NCBI GenBank assembly: GCA_033722095.1
Contig: JAWVZQ010000001.1
Span: forward strand, 1 to 56,690
Length of the DNA: 56,690 nt
Direction of reading: 5' to 3'
Origin: Wenzhouxiangellaceae bacterium
GTDB taxonomy: Bacteria; Pseudomonadota; Gammaproteobacteria; Xanthomonadales; Wenzhouxiangellaceae
Positions 42,501 to 51,500 of the stretch are shown piece by piece. Every line of letters begins with the position of its first letter. Position 1 is the stretch's first letter. A model generated the notes under the pieces. The model did not search any database. It was given only the letters and a program-made list of their open reading frames with translations, and was not told the origin of the DNA. The position numbers and the translations under genes are program-made.

Positions 42501-45500
42501 AGGCTGTTGGCGTCAGCGCCGGTCGCGTAGAGGGCGTCGCCGTCGCGGGACAGCGCGGCGGCGCTGGCGCCCACGAGACCCGTGATCGCATCTTCGGGAT
42601 CGGTGCCGAGCACCATGCCCTCGCTGAAGGTCTCGGCGAGCGCGAGGCTGCCGTCGAGCGCATCGACGTCGAAGACCAGCACCGTGTCCAGCTCGGGGTT
42701 CGCGACCAGGAGCCGCGTGCCGTCGGGCGAGAAGCGCAGCGCCGATGCACCGGCGAGTTCGGCGAAGTCCGGCACGCCGAGCACGAAGTCGTCGACGAGT
42801 GGCGGGTTGGCCGTGCAGGCCCACATCGCGCTACCCGAGACCAGTCCGGGATCCTCGGGCGGGAAGATCGGCGGGACGTCGCTGAACAGGGCGCCGAGCG
42901 CGTCGCTGGGTCCGGCGTTGTCGAAATCGATCGTGTAGGTGATTCCCGTCCCGGCCACGACTTCGTCGAGGCCGTCGGTCTTGGTCACGCGCAGGTCCGG
43001 TACCGGTCCCAGCGTGTCGATGTCGTCGTCGGCATTGTCGGACGGGTTGAGTTCGCGCTCGATGAACCGGCTCGAGGCCTCCACGGAATAGATGAGCTGG
43101 CCGCTGGCGTTCGGATGGATCACGCCTCCGACGAGGAATTCCAGGCGACCGCCGGGGGCGATCTCGACGGGTTGCTCGCCGATCTCACGTGCCCCGCCGA
43201 GCGCGCAGAGCGAACCGCGCCGGCGTGCGAGCACGCCGATCGCACCGGGATCGGCCAGGCTGTAGAGCGGCCCGTCGAACGGAATCACGAGGCGGGTCAA
43301 CCCGGCCAGCGCCGGAATGTCGGCCGTTCCGTACTGGGCCAGCAGTTCCGGCGCGGTATCGCGCAGGCTGAACAGGTGGATGGTCTCGCTGCCCGGCGAC
43401 CCGACGTAGAGGCGCTGCTGGCGCTCGGAGTAGGCCAGCGTCGCCGGCCCGGCCAGGTCGGTGATGCCGTCGACGCCGTCCTCGATCATCTGGACGAATT
43501 CGAGCACCGGCTCCGCACCGACCGTGGCGGCCGGGACGAATTCGAATTCGGACACCGCATTGCCGCCGCCGGCGGCGACGAAGACGCGCGTGCCCACGGC
43601 CAGCACGTCGAGCGGGGAATTCAGCGGAGCCGGCGGATTCGGCGGGCCGAGCTCGAAGTTCTGGAGGATCGCGACCTGGGTCAGCAGGCCGGTCGTCGCC
43701 GAGCGCTCGAAGGCGGCCAGCGAGGCGTTCTCGTCGGCGACGGCGAGCAGGTGCCCGTCGCTCCAGGCCAGCCCCGTCACGCCGTTGAGGCCGTCGACGC
43801 CACCGATGCCCTGCACGGTCTGGCCGGCGTAGAGCAGGTTGCCGCTCGCCCCGTCGATGCGGAACACCGCGACGGCGTCGTCGAGCCGGCCGGCCGCGTA
43901 CAGGAAGACGCCGGCGGGCCCGAGCACGATTTCCGTGACGCCGCCGATGCCGTCGACGCCCGATTCCCCGTCGCGGACGCGTCCGACCTGCGTCAGCAGT
44001 CCGGATTGGGCGTCACGGGCGAAGATGACGATGGCGTCGGAAACCGAGCCGGCCGCGTACAGGAAGTTGCCGTTCTCGCTGAGCAGCAGGTCGGTGACTC
44101 CCTGCAGACCCTCGACCATGTCGCCATCGCCGATCGGACCGCCCTCGACCCACGATTCGAGCGGGGTGAGTGCGCCGGACACGGGGTCACGCAGGAAGGC
44201 CGCGACCGCGCCGCTCCCGCCGACCGCGCCGGCGGCATAGGCGAACAGGCCATCGCCGGAGACCACGATGTCGCGGATGCCGTCGAGCGGCTGGGCCTGC
44301 ATCTGAACCTGCGTCAGCACGCCTTCGACGGGCGTGGCGCTGCACGACCAGGTCACGTCGTACAGCGCCGCCGGGATCGCGTCGGAAACGAGCACGTCGA
44401 CGGCGAAGGACGGACCGACGTTGTCCACGGTCACGAGGTACTCCACGGGTTCGCCGGGCGTGGCGACGGTCATGCCGTCGTCGACATCGACCACGAGATC
44501 GACGCTCGGCGAGAGAACCGTATCGTCGTCGGTCGCCGTGTTGTTGGCGATGACCGGATCCTGGAGTCCCGCCCCGGTCACGGTCGCCGTGTTGACGAGG
44601 CGACCGGTCGCATCCTCGCGGACCGTGGCGTTGGCCACGTAGGTGACGCGTGCGCCGGCCTCGAGCGAGACCGCGCTGTCGTTGATCGAGCCGGTGCCCG
44701 ACTGCGTGCACGCACCGGCCGGGTTGGCGCTCGGCGTACAGGTCCAGCTGATGGCCGAGAACGTGTCGGGGAAATCGTCGACGACGGTGATCTGGCCCAC
44801 GTCGCTGGGACCGAGGTTCTCGACGATGATCCGGTAGGTCACGACGGACCCCGGCGCCACGCCTCCGAGCCCGTCGAACAGTGCAGCCGAGAACGACAGC
44901 GCTCCGGGATCGGTCACGAGATCGCGCTGGAAGGTCGCCAGCGCGTCGTCGATGCTGCCCACCGCGTAGAGCTGTTCCCCGTCCGGCGAAGGCAGCACGT
45001 CGGCAACACCGTCCAGGCCCTGGACCTGCCCGCCCGTCAGCGGCGCCGCATCACCGTTGGCAACGATGCCGGCGAACTCCAGCGACGCGTCGCCGAGTAC
45101 GTCGAAGCGCACGACGGCATCGCTGGCAGCGCCGGCGACGTAGACCTGGGCCGCGTCGGAAGACAGGCGCATCGCCGCGGCACCGGCCAGACCCGTGGTA
45201 CCGGCCGTGCCGTCCTGCTTGAAGTCGATGAAGGTCAGCGCCCCGGTGCCGGGATCGCGCGAGAAACGCGCCAGCGTTCCGGTGGTGGCGCCCAATACGT
45301 AGACATGCATCCCGTCGGGGGCGACGAGCACGTCGATCGCGCCGGCCAGACCGGCCACGCCGCCGACGGTATCGACCTCGCTGTCGACGTAGCTCAGCGA
45401 TCCGAATGCGGAGCTGCCCGGATTGGGATTGCGCTGGAAGACGACGACGCTGTTGTCGATGCTCGAGACGGCGTAGACATGCAGCCCGTCGGGAGAGACG

Positions 45501-48500
45501 GTCAGCGCCACCGGCTCGGTCAGGTTCGTCACGCCGCCGACGGCGTTCTGGACGCTGGCGACGAATTCGAGGTCGCCATAGGTCGAGGCCATGGGATCGG
45601 CTTCGCGGCGGAAGACCGCGATCGAATTGTCGAGCCTGCCGGCGACGTAGACGTGCTCGTCGTCGGGGGACACCGCGAGCGCTTCGGCGCCGCCGATGCC
45701 GTTGACGCCGAGCGTGCCGTTCTGCTCGAGCTCGACGAATGCCAGTGCGCCCGTCGTCGGCACGCGGTCGAAGGCCACGAGCGTGTTGCTCGCCGCGCCC
45801 GTCGCGTAGAGGTGTGCGCGATCGACCGAAAGCGCCAGGTCGCTGACGTCGGTCAGACCCGACACGCCGGCCTCGCCGTTGCGCATCACGCCCGTGAAGT
45901 TCAACTCGCCGTGCTCGGGACCACCCGGGTCCACGGTGCGGCGGAACACGCCGATCGCGTCGTCCTCGCGGCCGGCCGTGTAGACGGCCCGGGCATCGCC
46001 GGCCAGGGCCGTTGCGCCGTCCAGGCCGTCGTACTCGGCCAGGCCGTCGTCCTTCGAGATCCTGAGATCGGCGACGACCTCGACCTGGTCGGTGTCGGTC
46101 TGCGAATCGTTCGTGTCGTTGATGTCGACGCCCGGATCGGCCGAAACGGTCGCCGTGTTCTGCAGTTCGCCATCGGTGGTCGCGGCCACCGTGGCCGTGA
46201 CCTGGAATACCACGCTGCCGCCCGCGGCGATGTCGACGGCCACGCCGTTCAGTTCGCCGGTGTCGGAAGCCGGGCAGCTCGAATCGCTGTTTCTCCGGAA
46301 TCGCGAAACGGCGGCATCCGCCGAGCCGGCCACGTAGACCTGGCCCAGCGCATCGTCGATGGCCACGGCGCTGGCACCGCCCAGGCCCGTCACGAAGCTG
46401 CTCTCGTTGCTGAGCACCCCGCCGAAGTCCAGGCTGCCGTCGGCCGCATCGCGCAGGTACCAGGAGACCGCGCCGCTGGTCTGCGCGACTGCGTAGACAT
46501 GGGCGCCGTCCTTGCTGACCACGAGGTCGCGCGGGCCCAGCAGGCCGCTGACTCCGTTCACGCCCTGCACGATCTCCTCGACGACCGAAAGGACGCCGTA
46601 GGTGCCGCTGGCGGGGTCCGCGTCCCGGTCAAGGACGACGATGCGGTCGGCGCTGCCTGCGCTCACATAGAGCGTGGTGCCCATGTCGAGCACGGTGTCC
46701 ATGGCCGCGCCGCCGGCGCCGGACAGGTCGACGCCGAGGTCGGCATCGAACTGGGAACGCACCCACGACAGGTACCCGTCGGCGGCCACGTCGAAGGTCG
46801 CCACGGCACGATCCGTGGCCGAAACGGCATAGAGGTGCGCGCCGTCGGGGCTGGCCACGAGGCGGACCACGCCGTCCAGCCCGGTGACCGTGCCGCCGGC
46901 GTCGTCGGGATCGTCGATGCCGTCGCGCTCGGACTCGAGGAAACCCAGTTCCCCGGAAGCCGCGTTACGCGAGAACACGGCGATCGCGTCGTCGTTGCTG
47001 CCGGCCACGTAGAGCACGTCGCCCGAGGCGCCGAGCGCCACGTGCGAGGCCTGGTTCAGCCCCGTCATGCCGGATTGGGATTGGACGAGGACCAGCTCGA
47101 GCGCGCCGGCGTTATCGGTCAGTTCGAAGACGGTGACCGCGTCGTCGATCTGGCTGGCCACGTAGAGGAACCGGCCATCCGGGCTGGCCACCACCGAGCG
47201 CGCACCGGCCAGCAGGTCGGCCGTTCCGCCGGTCAGGGCATCGCCGTCGGTGATCTTCATCAGGTGGGTCAGCGCGCCGTCGCCGGGCGCACGGCCGAAC
47301 ACGACGATCCCGTCGTCGACGACCGACGCCGCCACCAGGTAGGAGGTCAGCGGTCCGGCACCATCGGGATCGGGCACCACGGCGATCGAGGCGACGCCGT
47401 CCAGGCCCAGTTCGACCGCACCCGCGGTCGGATCCTGGACGATGCTCTCGGCGAAGGTCAGCGCACCGGAACTCGAGGCCACGCAGCTCCACGCGACGCT
47501 GCCGGGCTCGAAGTCGGGGTTGCCGTCGAACAGGTCGGTGACGGTCAGGTTGCTGGAGTCGTAGGTGACGTTGCTCGGGCCGAGATTGGTCACGCGAATC
47601 TCGTAGGTCACCGGCTGGCCGGCCACGACGGAGACCTGGTTGTTGGTCTTGGTCAGTGCGAGATCGGCCTGGGGTATCAGCTGCGTCGTATCGGTGGCGC
47701 TGACGGTGGGCCTGTCGACGCCGGGCTGGTTCGGGTCGGTGACGTTCTCGGGATAGGTGACGGTCACGGTGTTGGTCAGCGTTCCCGTCGCGTCGGGCCG
47801 GATGTCGGCCTCGATGCGGTACTGGACGAATCCGCCGACGCCGATCGTGACGGTGTCGTCGATCATGCCGCTGCCGCCTCCCGTGCAGACCGAGCCGATG
47901 CCGAGGACGAACGAGGCGATGGCGCGGTCGTCGAAGCCGGCCGCGTAGACGTTGCGCGAGTCGTGGCTGACGGCCAGCGCGTAGATGTTGTCGAGACCGT
48001 CGACGCCGTTGACGTCGTCGCGGCTGACCGCGACGGGCGCGAGCGCACCGAAGTTCGCCCCGTTGCGATTCAGGTCGCGATCGAAGACGAGAAGGCTGGA
48101 ATCGAACTGCGCCGCGACGTAGACGCGCTTGCCGTCGGGACTGACTTCGATGTCCCGGGGGCCGTTCATGAAGGTGATTGCGCCCTCGCCGTTGAACTGC
48201 TGGCGGGCATTGGTGAGCTTGCCGTAGTCGTCGTCTCCGGAGGCGCTCACGCGCCGGAAGACGCTGACCGAATCGCTGTTCTGCGAAGCCACGTAGACGT
48301 GGTCGCCGTCGCCCGGCGAGACCGTCACCGCCATGGGGCGGTCCCCGACGCGCGAAATGACGGTCTGCAGGAACGACAGGTTGCCGAACTGGTCGGGATC
48401 CACGCTCTCGTTGTCGCGCCGCATGGCGACGAGCGCGTCGTCGATGTCGGCGACGGCGTAGACCTGCGCGCCGTCCGGGCTGACGGCGACGTCACGCACG

Positions 48501-51500
48501 CCGGTCAGGCCATTGAAGCCCACGCCGTTCTGGGCGCGGCCGATCCACGTCAGCGTCAGGTCCGATTCTCGCCGGAAGACCGCCACCGAGGCATCGAAAC
48601 CACCGGCCACGTAGAGGTTCTTCGACTGTGCGTCCATGGCCATGCCGCGTGCGCCGGCCAGGCCCTCGACGCCGTCGACGCCGTCGATCAGCGAATGGAG
48701 GAACTCGAGACTGCCGTCGGCCAGGCGCTTGAATACGGCGACCGAATTGCCGTCCTCGCTGGAAACGAAGACGCTGCTGCCGTCGGGACTGACGAGCACG
48801 TACTCCGGTGCGCTCATGCCGGCGATGACCCCGCCGGGCACCGCATCGCCCTCGGTCCAGTCGGCGACGAACTCGAGATGCGTACCGGCCGTTGCTTCGG
48901 TGAGTCCGGCATCGGCATTGCGCTGGAACAGGCTCACCGAGCCCTGCGAGAGGCTGACCGCGTAGACGTGCTGGCCGTCGGGGCTGACCGCCACGTCGGT
49001 GGGCGACTCGAGGTCGCCGACGCCGGGATCGCTGTCCCGGTCGGTCTCGATGAGGGCGAACAGCGGGTCGGGGGCACGCCGCGTGTAGATCGCCAGGGCC
49101 GGCACGGCTCCCCCCTCGGACGTCGAGACCAGCACGTGGCGCCCGTCGCTGGTGACCAGGACGTCGACGGGCGCGGCGAGCGTGCATTCGTCGATGCACT
49201 GCGGCGGCGTCGCCGAATCGAAGCTGCGCGTCAGCACCGACTTCTCGCTGAGCGTTCCGGAGACGATGTCGCGACGGAACCGCGTCAGCGTGTCGTTCGA
49301 GGCGCCGACGGCAAGCAGGTGCTCTCCGTCCGGGGCCAGCGTCGATGAGGTGATTCCCGGAACGGCGTAGACGGCCAGCTGGAACGGGTCCGGGACCCCG
49401 TCGGCATTCGTGTCGCCGTAGCGAACGAGGACGACGTTCTCGCTACCGGCGGCGCTGACGTAGAGATCGTCGGTCGCCGCGAAGACGTCGAGGTCCGATA
49501 TGCCGGCGTGATCGGCGGATGTCAGCGTGTCGATCAGCGTCAGACGACCGATCGGGTCGCCCATGGAATCGTCGTCGTTGATCGAGAACACCGCGAGGCC
49601 CTGGCCCGAGCCGGAGCCGGCGAACAGCAGCCCGTCGGCGGCGTCCAGTGCCAGCGCCGAGGGATCGGCGGGCACGCCGCTCGTCTGGGTCTCGACGAAC
49701 GTCGCCAGGCCGGTCGCGTCATTGCGCGCATAGACCGAGACGGCGCCGGCGTCGCCGGCGACAAACAGGTTGTCGGCCGTCACGACGAGGGAACGCGGAT
49801 CGGCGGGAATCCCCTCCGTCGCCGATCCGGCGAACGAGAGCTGGCCGAAGTCGCTGGCCGTGGGGCTGGTCTGGCGACTGAACACGGCGATGGCGTTCTG
49901 CGAGTCGCTCATCGGGTCGGCCTTCGAGAGCACGTAGACGTGGCGCCCGTCGGGGCTGATCGCGAGGTCGACGGGGCCTTCCATGTTCTCGACGACAGGA
50001 CCGGCGTCGCCGGAGTCGTCGACACCGTTGGTCTCCCGGTCGGCGATCTCGTTCATCGCCCCGAAATTCAACCCGGGGACGTTGTTGCGCAGGTAGGGCT
50101 GGAGGCTGTCGAGTTCGGGTATCAACTGGTAGACGTGCAGGCCGTCGGCACTGGCCACGATGGCGCCACCGGGCGTACCCGTGGGACCGACGGCATCGAA
50201 TTCCTCGAGGTCGCCGGGGATCGGCGTGATGGCCTCGCAGGCCCAGGTGACGTTCTCGAGTTCCGGAGGAAACTCGTCGACGACGCGTGCCCCGAAGACC
50301 GGATCGCCCTCGACGTTCTGGACCGTGATCGTGTACTGGTGCGAACGACCCGGCACGGCCTGCATCAGACCGTCGGTCTTCGTGACCGAAAGTTCGGCCG
50401 ACGCCGTCAGGCTCGACTCGATGGAATCGGACGCCATCCCGCCCGGGGCGTTCACGGTGACCTCGTTGAGGACCGTCGGCGCCGGCGTTGCCGTGGTCAG
50501 CACTTCGACCCTGAAGCGGAGTTCGCCTCCGACGTCGATATCGACCGTCGCGGCGAGCGCGCCCGTGCCCGATTCGCAGGTACTGCCCCCGTTCGGATCC
50601 TGCTGCACGGTGCAGGTCCAGGTCGCCGGAGTCGTGGCGTTGTCGCGGTCGAGACTCGCGTCGTTGAGCGGATCGCTGACCATGGCGCCGGCCGCGAAGC
50701 TGGGACCGAGGTTGGCGACGTCGATGATGTAGGTCAGCAGGAACCGGCCGCCGCCGGCATCGGCAATGGCGATGAGATCCTTGGAGACCTGCAGCAGCGA
50801 ATCCTCGACCATGAGCGTGTCGTCGCTGGCGTCGTTGTTCGTCGTATCGGTCTCTTCGATGCCGGCCGGCAGCATCGCCGAGGCCGCATTCGTCAGCGTG
50901 CCCGTCGAGCGCCGGTCGAGATCGCCGGTGAGCGTGAATTCCACGCGGCCCTGGCCCGGCAGGTCGACGAGGTGATCGCTGAGCGAAACGACGCCTTGGA
51001 GCGTCGTCGGGCTGTTGGTGCCGCAACTGGAGGTGCCCGAGTTGCAGCACGCGCCGCCGAAGGCACGGCATTGCCACTCGACGCTGGTTTGGACGAAGCC
51101 GGCCGACAAGGCGGGATACAGCGGGACCGTGTCGCTGACCCTGACGCCGTTGGCCGCCTGGATGCCGTCGTTGAGGACGGTCACGGTGTAGCTGTGCGAC
51201 TGACCGGGCGTGGCCGCGGTCACGCCATCGGTCTTGGTCACCACGAGGTCGGTCGAGATCTCGACGTCGATGGTCGCGGGGTCCGAGTTCCCCGTCATCG
51301 GGTTCAGTTCGGTGACGGGATCGGCGGAATCGACCTGGACCGAAGCCTCGTTGACGATCTGGGAGCCGTTCTCGACGCCGCCCGAAAGGCTGACGAACAG
51401 CAGCACTTCGGTCGAACTTCCCGACGAAAGGCGCAGCGAGCCGGCCGGCGAGGTCGAGGTCAGGTCGCCGCGGTGTTCGACGATCTCGACCGGGCAGCCC

